From the NCBI GenBank assembly GCA_028705495.1, contig JAQWDK010000010.1:507-64506 (forward strand): 64,000 bases of DNA, read 5' to 3'. Numbering within the stretch: position 1 is the first letter of the stretch; each line of letters starts with the position of its first letter. Position numbers and translations under genes: made by a program. The notes beneath the pieces were generated by a model. That model was not told the origin of the DNA. It saw only the letters and a list, made by a program, of their open reading frames with translations, and did no database searches. Of the stretch, positions 9,769-18,771 are shown one piece after another. Source of the DNA: Eubacteriales bacterium. Its GTDB lineage: Bacteria > Bacillota > Clostridia > Oscillospirales > CAG-382.

Positions 9769-10854
9769 TTAGAATTTTGTGGGCTTAGAGATGAGATACT
9801 TTTTAACCATCAGAGCGACCTTGAAAGTTATAGCGTGATCAAATTCACGAAGATCAAGTCCAGTAAGCTTACGAATCTTATCGAGTCTGTAAACAAGAGT
9901 GTTACGGTGAACAAAAAGCTTTCTCGACGTTTCGGAAACATTGAGATTGTTATCGAAAAATGCCTGAATAGTCATAAGTGTTTCGCGATCGAGTGACTCA
10001 AGAGATCCACGCTTAAAAACTTCTTGTAAAAACATCTCACAAAGAGTCGTAGGAAGTTGATATATAAGCCTTCCGATTCCGAGAGATTCGTATTTTATAA
10101 TATTTTTGTCAGTATCAAAAACTTTTCCAACTTCAAGTGCAACTTGTGCATTCTTGAAAGAATGAGCTAAATCGCGTACATTAGTTACAATAGTGCCAAT
10201 ACCAATTGAAACCTTAGCATAGAATTCAGTTGAGGCTGTATCAACAATAGTTTTTGCGATTGCTTCGATGTTCTTTTGCTCAACAGCAAATTTGAGCTCT
10301 TTTACCAGAACTACTTCATTTTCAGAAATTGTTATGCAGTAATCTTTGTTTTTATCTGGGAAAAGGTTTTGAACAATGTCAAATGGGTTAACTTCTGTTT
10401 TGGAATTGAAGCGAATCAAATAAACACAGCGATTTACTTCACTGTCAAAATGAAGTTCTTTTGCTTTGGTATATATATCCCCGGGTAAAATATTATCGAG
10501 TATGATATTTTTTATAAAACTCGCTTTATCGTATTTCTCATCATAAAGCGTTTTGAGGTTTGTGAGCGTGATTGAAAGAAGACCCGCAATGCTTCTTGAC
10601 TCTTCATCTTCGCCTTCAACAAAAACCACATACTCAATTCTTGCATGTGAACCGATCGGGCGATAGGTATAACCGGAGGAAACAACGGTGTCGAATGTGT
10701 AAGTTACTTCTTCGATAATTTCGCGCTGATATTCACCGATTTTTGTCAGCTGACTGCACGCAATTACAGCACCCTTTTCATCAATGACACCTATAGTGCG
10801 ACTGACTGCATCTTTCATCTGGTAAATCAAACCTTGAAACAATTTGTTTGACAT
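9769..10854 (-). CDS. PucR/CdaR family transcriptional regulator
   Basis: C-terminal PucR-type HTH (NVSETSRKLFVHRNTLVYRLDKIRKLTG) with a CdaR-like N-terminal region. Confidence 0.8.
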   Translation of the reverse strand: MSNKLFQGLIYQMKDAVSRTIGVIDEKGAVIACSQLTKIGEYQREIIEEVTYTFDTVVSSGYTYRPIGSHARIEYVVFVEGEDEESRSIAGLLSITLTNLKTLYDEKYDKASFIKNIILDNILPGDIYTKAKELHFDSEVNRCVYLIRFNSKTEVNPFDIVQNLFPDKNKDYCITISENEVVLVKELKFAVEQKNIEAIAKTIVDTASTEFYAKVSIGIGTIVTNVRDLAHSFKNAQVALEVGKVFDTDKNIIKYESLGIGRLIYQLPTTLCEMFLQEVFKRGSLESLDRETLMTIQAFFDNNLNVSETSRKLFVHRNTLVYRLDKIRKLTGLDLREFDHAITFKVALMVKKYLISKPTKF

Positions 10855-10942
10855 AATACTTAAACACCCTTCCTATCCACATGTACTATATTCTACATAA
10901 TATCATAATCACAAAACTTTTTCAAGCATATTTATGTATATT

Positions 10943-11698
10943 TCAACAAAATAATAGTGAAATTGCCGACATAACGAAAATTGGTGCGGTTTCTGTTCTT
11001 AGTATTCGCCTACCAAGCCCTGCCAGAGGTATACCTGCATTGACTGCAGCTTCCGCTTCTTTGAAGGACAAGCCACCTTCGGGACCTATGAAAAACGAAA
11101 CAGACCCTTTGGTAACACCTCGTAAAAGTTCAGGAAGTGGTCTTGTATCATTACCTTCGTAACAGATAAAACCTGTGTCTGACGACTTAATACCACTAAG
11201 CGCTTCATCAAATGAAATCGGTAGACAAATTTCCGGTATACGGCTGCGGCCGCTTTGCTTTGCAGCCCCTTCAGCAATTTTTTGTAACCGACTAATTTTC
11301 TTTTCAGCTGCCAAATTGTCAAGTCTGACAATGCACCTATCGCTCATGACCGGAACAATTCGTGAAACACCCAATTCTGTACATTTCTGGGTTATGAGAT
11401 CAAATTTATCGCCTTTTGGATATGCTTGATATAATGTTACATCGACAGGAAGTTCCGTGTTGCTCTCAACTCTCTCACAAAGCGTAAGAGAAACGGTTTC
11501 GTCAAGTTTCGATATCATCGCCGTATATTCGCTACCATCGGCGAAGCAAACTATAACATAGTCACCAGGTTTCATCCTGAGAACATTCTTTATATGATGT
11601 GCGTCATCTCCTGTGATAGTCACCTGAAATCCTACAGCTTTATCATCGTCTGACAGGGAAGATGGTATAAATAATCTTTTTTCTATTACTTTTTCCAT
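10943..11698 (-). CDS. rsmE: 16S rRNA (uracil1498-N3)-methyltransferase RsmE
   Basis: PUA-like N-terminus and SPOUT C-terminus (KGDKFDLITQKCTELGV, FFIGPEGGLS, LGRRILRTETA). Confidence 0.9.
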   Translation of the reverse strand: MEKVIEKRLFIPSSLSDDDKAVGFQVTITGDDAHHIKNVLRMKPGDYVIVCFADGSEYTAMISKLDETVSLTLCERVESNTELPVDVTLYQAYPKGDKFDLITQKCTELGVSRIVPVMSDRCIVRLDNLAAEKKISRLQKIAEGAAKQSGRSRIPEICLPISFDEALSGIKSSDTGFICYEGNDTRPLPELLRGVTKGSVSFFIGPEGGLSFKEAEAAVNAGIPLAGLGRRILRTETAPIFVMSAISLLFC

Positions 11699-11815
11699 CT
11701 CTACTACCTTTCACAACGAGAATTTATTGTTATTGTTTATTTTCGATATTATACCTCTGTAATCAACATTTGTCAATTATGTCATAGATATAAATCAGTT
11801 AAATCAAAAATGCAT

Positions 11816-11844
11816 GTTGACAAAACGGTTCTTGTATTTTATCA
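11816..11844 (+). promoter_or_regulatory. Sigma-A type promoter for the aldo/keto reductase gene
   Basis: TTGACA, 17 nt, TATCAT, about 35 nt upstream of the RBS AGGAAGG. Confidence 0.5.
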
Positions 11845-11877
11845 TAGAAATATAATAAGTTTTAGGAAGGATGGTTA

Positions 11878-12867
11878 ATGATGTATAACGCTGTTAAGAA
11901 TAGGTACGATAGGATGAAATACAGACGCTGTGGAAACAGTGGACTCATGTTACCTTTTGTATCACTTGGTCTATGGTACAACTATGGTAACAGGGAAAGT
12001 TTCGAAAACATGGAGAATATGTTGACGACAGCTTTCGATAACGGAATAACACATTTCGACATAGCGAACAACTATGGTCCTCCCGCAGGTTCTGCTGAAG
12101 AAAACTTTGGTAGAATAATGAAGAAGGAATTGGGACAATACAGAGACCAGCTTATAGTATCTTCTAAAGCTGGTTATGGTATGTGGGAAGGCCCTTACGG
12201 TGATTTCGGTTCCCGTAAGTATCTGATGGCAAGCATCGATCAAAGCCTTAAACGCACGGGACTTGAGTATTTCGATATCTTCTATTCACACAGACCTGAT
12301 CCCGATACTCCTATCGAAGAAACAATGGGTGCTTTAGCTGACATCGTTAAGCAGGGTAAAGCACTGTATGTAGGCATTTCAAATTATAATCCCGAGCAAA
12401 CGAGAGCGGCTGTAGATTGCCTTGACCAACTTGGTGTCCACTGCCTGATCCATCAACATTCATACAGTATGTTCAATAGGACAAGCGATCACGGTCTTTT
12501 CGATGTCCTTTCTGAAAAAGGTGTTGGCAGTATCGCATTCTCACCACTTGCTCAAGGTCAGCTTACATCACGCTATATCGACGGAATACCTTCTGATTCA
12601 CGCATATCAAAAGGTTATTACCTCAGGAAAGAAGACATAACAGAAGAAAAGCTCCGTAAAATCATTGCACTTAACAATCTTGCTAAAGAAAGAGGGGCAA
12701 CACTTGCACAACTTGCACTTCTTTGGGTCATGAGAAGGCCTGAGATGACGACAGTTCTAATAGGTGCTTCTAAACCTGAACAGATTACTGAAAATGCTGC
12801 AGTAGCATTCCTTCCTCCGCTGAGCGTAGAAGAGATTAACTCCATAAACCTCATACTCGGAGTATAA
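11878..12867 (+). CDS. Aldo/keto reductase (YghZ / L-glyceraldehyde-3-phosphate reductase-like)
   Basis: YRRCGNSGL..LSLGLW, FDIANNYGPP.GSAEENFG, YVGISNY. 329 aa. Confidence 0.85.
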   Translation: MMYNAVKNRYDRMKYRRCGNSGLMLPFVSLGLWYNYGNRESFENMENMLTTAFDNGITHFDIANNYGPPAGSAEENFGRIMKKELGQYRDQLIVSSKAGYGMWEGPYGDFGSRKYLMASIDQSLKRTGLEYFDIFYSHRPDPDTPIEETMGALADIVKQGKALYVGISNYNPEQTRAAVDCLDQLGVHCLIHQHSYSMFNRTSDHGLFDVLSEKGVGSIAFSPLAQGQLTSRYIDGIPSDSRISKGYYLRKEDITEEKLRKIIALNNLAKERGATLAQLALLWVMRRPEMTTVLIGASKPEQITENAAVAFLPPLSVEEINSINLILGV

Positions 12868-12870
12868 GAG

Positions 12871-13635
12871 ATGGGGGAAGATAATATATGGGGGAAAAAC
12901 ATTCTCGGAAAGAGTGTAAGTGTTAAAGTAGATCGGCCAATCGGAAGCAAACACCCCGAATATGAGGATACAATATACCCTTTAAATTATGGTTATATTG
13001 AAGGGATATCTGCTCCCGACGGCGAGGAGCAGGATGTTTATATACTCGGAGTGGACGAGCCTGTCAATCATTTTGATGGGAAAATAATTGCCGTAATTAG
13101 CCGTGAAGATGATATTGAAGAAAAATGGGTTGCCGCTCCCGAGGGTGTTGTTTTTGATCAAGCACAAATCGAAGAGGCTGTACGCTTTCAGGAAAAGTAT
13201 TTCAACTCAAGTATTATCTCGATTTATGAAAGATCTTGCGGTGTCGTTTTATTCCGTGTAAAAAACGGTAAACCCGAATACTTGCTATTGCTACAATCCT
13301 TATCCCAAACATGGAGCTTTCCGAAGGGTCACGCAGAAGCTGGAGAAACAGAGGAACAAACAGCACTTCGTGAATTGAAAGAAGAAACGGGGATAAACGC
13401 AAAACTTATGGATGGTTTTCGAGAGGAGCTTTCATATTGGATTGCAGGCGGAAGACTTAAACGTGTCGTGCTTTATCTCGCGGAAAGCGATGGTGAGAAA
13501 ATAGAAACGAGCAGCGAAGCCGATAACTTCATTTGGGCTGATGTTAGTACAGCCAGGGAGCTTTTAGGCAACCCAGATTACCACGATATACTGGAAAGCG
13601 CAGAAAAATATATTGAAAAATACCTGTCTGAATGA
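12871..13635 (+). CDS. Fusion protein: small inorganic-diphosphatase-like domain + NUDIX hydrolase (Ap4A hydrolase-like)
   Basis: The N-terminal domain reads VDRPIGSKHP..YPLNYGYIEG..DGEEQDVYILG..ISREDD.EEKWV. The C-terminal Nudix box reads GHAEAGETEEQTALRELKEETGI. Confidence 0.75.
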   Translation: MGEDNIWGKNILGKSVSVKVDRPIGSKHPEYEDTIYPLNYGYIEGISAPDGEEQDVYILGVDEPVNHFDGKIIAVISREDDIEEKWVAAPEGVVFDQAQIEEAVRFQEKYFNSSIISIYERSCGVVLFRVKNGKPEYLLLLQSLSQTWSFPKGHAEAGETEEQTALRELKEETGINAKLMDGFREELSYWIAGGRLKRVVLYLAESDGEKIETSSEADNFIWADVSTARELLGNPDYHDILESAEKYIEKYLSE

Positions 13636-14299
13636 AAAAAGAGTTATAATTTTTGATCTTGATGGTACTTTGACCGAATCCCACGATGGGATAATCAATT
13701 CAACAATTTACATGTTGAAAAAAAGAAAGCTACCTGTTCCGCCTAGAAACGAGATGTTTAAAATGATCGGTCCTCCCCTCAAGGAATCATTTGCGAATCT
13801 TTTTGGCGTACCAAAAGCAGATGTCGAAGAAGCGATTAAGGATTACAGGGAGTATTATACCGAAAAAGGAATGTTTGAAAACAATCTTTATAGCGGCATT
13901 CCCGAACTCCTCAAAAGCCTTATTGATAAAGGAAAAAACCTTGCGGTGGCAACTTCAAAAGCAGAACCTTATGCAATTGAAATTCTAAAGTACTTCGGTT
14001 TATGGAAATACATGACCGTTGTGCGCGGTAGCGGATTAAATGGCGGCATTTCCGAAAAAGATGAAGTTCTTGCAGCAACTTTAGAAGATTTAAAGAAACT
14101 CGATGAGAGCTTTGAAAAATCAGAAGCAGTTATGATAGGCGATAGAAAACATGATATCATAGGAGCCAAAGTAAACGGAATTTCGTCGATCGGGGTGTTA
14201 TTCGGTTATGGTAGCAGGGAAGAGCTTGAGAGTTCAGGCGCTGACGCTTTAGTTGCTGACTCTGAAGAGCTACGCAATATACTAACTACGAAGGTTTAA
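13613..14299 (+). CDS. HAD-IA family hydrolase (phosphoglycolate phosphatase / nucleotidase-like)
   Basis: Motif I is IIFDLDGTLT, followed by TSK and GDRKHD motifs. The only in-frame start is TTG at 13613, which overlaps the upstream gene by 23 nt. Confidence 0.8.
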   Translation: MKNTCLNEKRVIIFDLDGTLTESHDGIINSTIYMLKKRKLPVPPRNEMFKMIGPPLKESFANLFGVPKADVEEAIKDYREYYTEKGMFENNLYSGIPELLKSLIDKGKNLAVATSKAEPYAIEILKYFGLWKYMTVVRGSGLNGGISEKDEVLAATLEDLKKLDESFEKSEAVMIGDRKHDIIGAKVNGISSIGVLFGYGSREELESSGADALVADSEELRNILTTKV

Positions 14300-14411
14300 C
14301 TGGTCAATGGATTTACGAGCAATATTTACCTAAGTTAGAATAATCGGGCGTTTATTGTCAAAACTAAAGGCAAGAAACCGGATTTATCCATGAAAGGTTG
14401 TGGTTGATATT

Positions 14412-14606
14412 ATGTTCATTGGCAAAAAACCTAAAAACGGGATGATAATCCCTGCAATGATAGGAGCGTTAACTGCACTTACAGTCGGTGGTATTTTAAT
14501 TACATCGGCAATGTACTGCGATCCAATAAGAGATTTTTTACTCTCTGCGAAAAAGGAAGCAAAAAAGGCTTATAAAGTTGTTGAAGACGAGATCAAGAAG
14601 ATTTAA
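14412..14606 (+). CDS. Small hypothetical membrane protein
   Basis: One TM (IIPAMIGALTALTVGGILI). ATG at 14412 lies inside the GTG-initiated ORF 14400..14606. Confidence 0.4.
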   Translation: MFIGKKPKNGMIIPAMIGALTALTVGGILITSAMYCDPIRDFLLSAKKEAKKAYKVVEDEIKKI

Positions 14607-14614
14607 ATGTCGAA

Positions 14615-14643
14615 AAGGCGAAAAGCTCGAAGCTTTTCGCCTT
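14615..14643. terminator. Hairpin terminator between convergent genes; the T-run lies on the ackA side
   Basis: aaggcgaaaagct / agcttttcgcctt, a 13-bp stem. Confidence 0.7.
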
Positions 14644-14656
14644 AACTTTATTGAAT

Positions 14657-15865
14657 TTATTTCACGTTTTTAACAAGTTCAATGGTATCACGTGCGATAA
14701 CAAGTTCTTCGTTTGTCGGGATTACATAGATCTTAACCTTAGAATCGTCTGCGGAAATTTCAACAGGATCTGGTATGTTGCGGAAATTATCGTTTTTGTT
14801 CGCATCGACCTTTATACCGAAGCTTTCTAAACCTTGTAGTGAATCAAATCTCACACTCTTGTTGTTTTCACCGATTCCGGCAGTGAAAACAATTGCATCA
14901 AGACCACCGAGAACTGCCATATAAGTACCGATGTATTTCTTAATGTCGTAACTGAGTATTTCATAAGCAAGTTTTGCGCGTTCATTGCCTTCTTCAATAG
15001 CAGTATCGATGTCGCGAAGGTCACTTGAAACACCGGAAACACCAAGGAAACCGCATTTTTTATTTAGCCATACACCCATTTCACTGGCTGAAATGTTTTC
15101 TTTTTCCATTAGAAAAGGTACAATTGCTGGGTCAATATTACCACAGCGTGAACCCATTATAATACCTTCGAGAGGTGTAAAGCCCATACTTGTGTCAATG
15201 ACCTTGCCCCCCTTAATTGCACTGATGGAAGAACCGTTGCCAAGGTGACAGGTAATAATCTTTGTGTCTACAGCGGGTTTACCGAGGTATTCAATCGCTT
15301 TAGCGGAAACATATCTGTGAGATGTGCCGTGAAAACCGTAACGGCGGATTTTATATTTTTCATAAAGCTCATAGGGAATAGGATAAAAATAAGCATGTGC
15401 CGGCATTGTCTGATGGAAAGCGGTATCGATTACAAGAACCTGGGGTGTATCCGGCATATTTTCCATGCAACCACGAAGGCCCATAAGATGGGGGCCGGTA
15501 TGAAGCGGTGCTATTGCACGACATTTTTCGAGATCGCCGATAACCTTTTCATCAACTAGAACAGATTTTGTGAGCCACTCGCCACCGTGGACGATACGAT
15601 GACCGCATGCGACGATTTGCGACAAATCATCAATGCAGCCGAACTCGTTGTCACAAAGAATCTTCAGCACTGCTTGGATTGCTTTTGTGTGGTTCGGCAT
15701 AGCTATTTCTTTAGAATATTTTTCTTTACCGTATGTCTGATGAGTCAGAATACCGTCAATTGCGATTCTGTCGCAAAGTCCCTTGGCAAGCACTACTTCG
15801 TTCGCCATATCAAAAAGCTGATATTTAAGCGAGGAGCTGCCGGCGTTGATTACCAATACATACAT
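14657..15865 (-). CDS. ackA: Acetate kinase
   Basis: VLVINAGSSSLKYQLF, HRIVHGG, GFHGTSH, GIGEN motifs. RBS GGAGG. Confidence 0.95.
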   Translation of the reverse strand: MYVLVINAGSSSLKYQLFDMANEVVLAKGLCDRIAIDGILTHQTYGKEKYSKEIAMPNHTKAIQAVLKILCDNEFGCIDDLSQIVACGHRIVHGGEWLTKSVLVDEKVIGDLEKCRAIAPLHTGPHLMGLRGCMENMPDTPQVLVIDTAFHQTMPAHAYFYPIPYELYEKYKIRRYGFHGTSHRYVSAKAIEYLGKPAVDTKIITCHLGNGSSISAIKGGKVIDTSMGFTPLEGIIMGSRCGNIDPAIVPFLMEKENISASEMGVWLNKKCGFLGVSGVSSDLRDIDTAIEEGNERAKLAYEILSYDIKKYIGTYMAVLGGLDAIVFTAGIGENNKSVRFDSLQGLESFGIKVDANKNDNFRNIPDPVEISADDSKVKIYVIPTNEELVIARDTIELVKNVK

Positions 15866-15885
15866 TAAAATTTGTCCTCCGTTAC

Positions 15886-15914
15886 TTGACCTTTGTATGT
15901 TTATTACATATAAT
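15886..15914 (+). promoter_or_regulatory. Near-consensus sigma-A promoter reading toward tmcAL
   Basis: TTGACC (15886-15891), 17 nt, TATAAT (15909-15914). Confidence 0.55.
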
Positions 15915-16054
15915 AAAAATAATGTTTTCCGAAAAAAAAGAAACCCTACGGATAACCACAGAATAGTATATCACTATTTTTCAGCATTTGCAAGGGACTT
16001 TAGCCACTTTGTCGAACTTGACGAAAAAATCAAAAAGCATGGGAGTTAACTATT

Positions 16055-17203
16055 ATGCCACAAAACAATACAAATAAAACAGTCTGTGCTTTAATCTGTG
16101 AGTACAATCCTTTTCATAAGGGACACAAGTACCAACTCGATATTTTAAAAAGCAAATTCGACTATGTTGTTTGCATAATGAGTGGCTCGACTGTTCAGAG
16201 GGGCGAGTTTGCAATTGCTGATAAATACCTTCGTGCAAGTGCCGCTGTGATGGAAGGCGCTGACATCGTATTGGAATTGCCATATCCATATTCATCTCTT
16301 GGCGCCCGCGACTTTGCGGCTGCTGGTGTTCATATAGCAATGTCACTTGGGATTCCGACTCTCGCATTCGGGGCTGAAGATAGCATAGACAAACTTTTGA
16401 ATCTAACGAAATTTTTGTCTGATAAAAGTACACGGGAAATTATTATAAATAGAACGAAAGATGAAAAGAACCTTTCTTATCCGCAAGCGAGACAAGCTTT
16501 GGTTTCTGAAGTTTTGGGTTATGATTACGGAGAACTCCTAACAAAACCAAACAATATACTTGCGATCGAATACATTATTGCTGGAAAAGATAAAATCAAC
16601 TATTATCCTATAAAACGAAATAACGAATTAAAATCAGCTACTTTTATTCGCTCACTCTCTGATGAAAACCTAACAAGTGAACTTCCAACAATAGCAGCTA
16701 AACTTTATTCAACTATAAATCGTAGAAGAACAGAAAATTTATCAGCGGCATTTTTGTCAAAGCTTAGAATAGCAGAACTTGAAGAACTGTCGGATATTTA
16801 TGATATTACCAAAGGTTTTGCATCAAGACTAATAAAAGCTGCTAAAAAAGCGAAAAACTACAGAGAACTCATTGAACTTTCAGCAGCCTCGACTGACACC
16901 ACATCAAAAATACGCAGAGCTGTTTTGCACTGCCTTGCAAGAGGTACAAAAAAAGATGCTTTGACAATGCCGAGATATACAAATCTGCTTGCTGCGAAGC
17001 GAGGAAGTCTGTCTTTTCTAAAAAACACAAGGACAGATATAATTACTGTCCTTGCAAAACCTGCACATTATAAAAAACTTGATAGCATTGCTAAAACGCA
17101 GTTTTTGTTATCAGGTAAGGTTGACGACCTTGCCGCACTCTCCGCTGATAAAATCGAAGTCGGAGGTAAATATCTTACCTCATCACCTGTTATTTTCAAT
17201 TAA
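16055..17203 (+). CDS. tmcAL: tRNA(Met) cytidine acetate ligase (YlbM/TmcAL family nucleotidyltransferase)
   Basis: N-terminal ICEYNPFHKGHKYQL (HxGH-type nucleotidyltransferase, characteristic of the YlbM/UPF0348 family). 382 aa. Confidence 0.8.
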   Translation: MPQNNTNKTVCALICEYNPFHKGHKYQLDILKSKFDYVVCIMSGSTVQRGEFAIADKYLRASAAVMEGADIVLELPYPYSSLGARDFAAAGVHIAMSLGIPTLAFGAEDSIDKLLNLTKFLSDKSTREIIINRTKDEKNLSYPQARQALVSEVLGYDYGELLTKPNNILAIEYIIAGKDKINYYPIKRNNELKSATFIRSLSDENLTSELPTIAAKLYSTINRRRTENLSAAFLSKLRIAELEELSDIYDITKGFASRLIKAAKKAKNYRELIELSAASTDTTSKIRRAVLHCLARGTKKDALTMPRYTNLLAAKRGSLSFLKNTRTDIITVLAKPAHYKKLDSIAKTQFLLSGKVDDLAALSADKIEVGGKYLTSSPVIFN

Positions 17204-18531
17204 ATCTGCTCATCTGGCTCGAGTTTGTTGCGGAACACAGTTACAAAGACTGATAGGAGTGCCATGAGCAGCCCGGTTATTAGCATGAGGAACTGTACGC
17301 TTTCGAAACCGATGTTAAATATAACAATTTTATTTACTCCAATAAGCTTAACAAATCCCGTACCGCACATCATACCGATGAGGGATGCAATATTGACATT
17401 GAATGCATAGAATGCCATATAGTTAGTCCGATCAGTAGAAGGAAGGTTTATGTAAGGGAAGTTCGCATAAGCAATTGTTATCGAAACGCTAAGAAGATGC
17501 TGGGTAAGTCTTACTATTAGCATAAGCCAAACATAGTTTTCGTGGTTTACGAAAGAATAAAGAATATATGTAGGACATAAGAAGAAAATAGATTTTGCAA
17601 ATGCAGTGAACCATGATGTTCTACGGATGAGTCTTTTTGATGCTCCTCCGAATATGATAAAGAAGATAAAATAAACCGCAGTAATGACGTTTATAAAAGT
17701 GTATGTAACACCTACATTATCAAGTAGATAAACATTTATTACGGAGGCCGTCAAGCTTGAAGCGAAAGTGTAACAGAACATGACGAACATAGTCAGAATA
17801 TACTTTTTGTGCTTGAAAGGTAAAGTAAAAGTATCACTAAGCTTTATCTTTTTCCCCGGAGTTGACTCGTAGGGAGCTTCATGAGGCTTTGAGAGGGTGT
17901 AGACATCAAGGGCTGCAAAAACAAGTCCGATTACACGAAGTATTGTAATGATTGTCAACTGCATTGGTGAGCCGGCAAGGGAGTCGGCAATTAGTGAGCT
18001 AATGAGTACAACGAGCCCCATCAGTGCATTTGTTATGATATTTGATATATTAAAATAGTCTGCTCTTACATCGTTCGGTAGAAAATTTATATGCCAAACA
18101 GAAAACCCAGAAGAAAAAAGAGAGTTTATCGCCGAGGCAACAAAAACAATTATACTAAATCCAATAAGCTTTTCCTGCTCACCGCGAACAATTTGCGGCA
18201 AAATTGTCAGTCCGCCTATGTTGATAAGATAATATGCAGATCGGCTTATCAGTAAGATTTTTCGCCTTTTAGGAAAACGCTCGAGTATCATCGGCGAAAA
18301 AAGTCCGAATATTGTTGCGATAAGTGGTATAAATGTTATGATACCAGCATTTACGATATTAATTCCATGTCCAAGAAGGAAACCAGAATAAAAAATACCG
18401 CCTGTTAAACTTCCGATAATTCCGGTGAGAATGCTCGACTGAAGCATGCAAAGACGGCCTTTTGAGTTTTTATCTCCGGACATAAACAGATTATAAAACG
18501 CAGTATTTTGAATAAATTTAAGTTTTTTCAT
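17200..18531 (-). CDS. MFS-type transporter (about 12 TM)
   Basis: Polytopic hydrophobic profile with the basic loop FPKRRKILL after TM2. Substrate unknown. Confidence 0.65.
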   Translation of the reverse strand: MKKLKFIQNTAFYNLFMSGDKNSKGRLCMLQSSILTGIIGSLTGGIFYSGFLLGHGINIVNAGIITFIPLIATIFGLFSPMILERFPKRRKILLISRSAYYLINIGGLTILPQIVRGEQEKLIGFSIIVFVASAINSLFSSGFSVWHINFLPNDVRADYFNISNIITNALMGLVVLISSLIADSLAGSPMQLTIITILRVIGLVFAALDVYTLSKPHEAPYESTPGKKIKLSDTFTLPFKHKKYILTMFVMFCYTFASSLTASVINVYLLDNVGVTYTFINVITAVYFIFFIIFGGASKRLIRRTSWFTAFAKSIFFLCPTYILYSFVNHENYVWLMLIVRLTQHLLSVSITIAYANFPYINLPSTDRTNYMAFYAFNVNIASLIGMMCGTGFVKLIGVNKIVIFNIGFESVQFLMLITGLLMALLSVFVTVFRNKLEPDEQI

Positions 18532-18771
18532 TTTAATAATGTTTTAGTATTACTGTAAAGGTTAGCTTTACTACTCTCCATTAATGGTAAGCGGTAGAAC
18601 CATTTGTTTATTGGTTATGATAACATATAGGCGGAGCTTTGTCACCATCAAAAATGCATTATTATTTTTCAAAATGCGTGGTTTTTGTGTTTACAAACAC
18701 GATACTTAATGGTAAGATGATATTATATACTGCATTCACGACTATAATTTAAACATCGGAGATGCACAAAA

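Noticed and set aside
16053-16433. 126-aa minus-strand ORF, and many similar 60-175 aa ORFs antisense to long genes (for example 353..712, 4780..5307, 12618..12950, 33075..33410, 34088..34441, 48874..49326, 60253..60675).
   Set aside because: They lie entirely within, and antisense or out of frame to, well-supported genes with recognisable motifs. They lack RBSs and have odd composition. They are treated as shadow ORFs.
17200-17203. Convergent tmcAL and MFS genes overlapping at TTAA (stop codons share bases) with no terminator between them.
   Set aside because: It is real in the sequence, but such overlaps are common in compact genomes and nothing else suggests antisense regulation.
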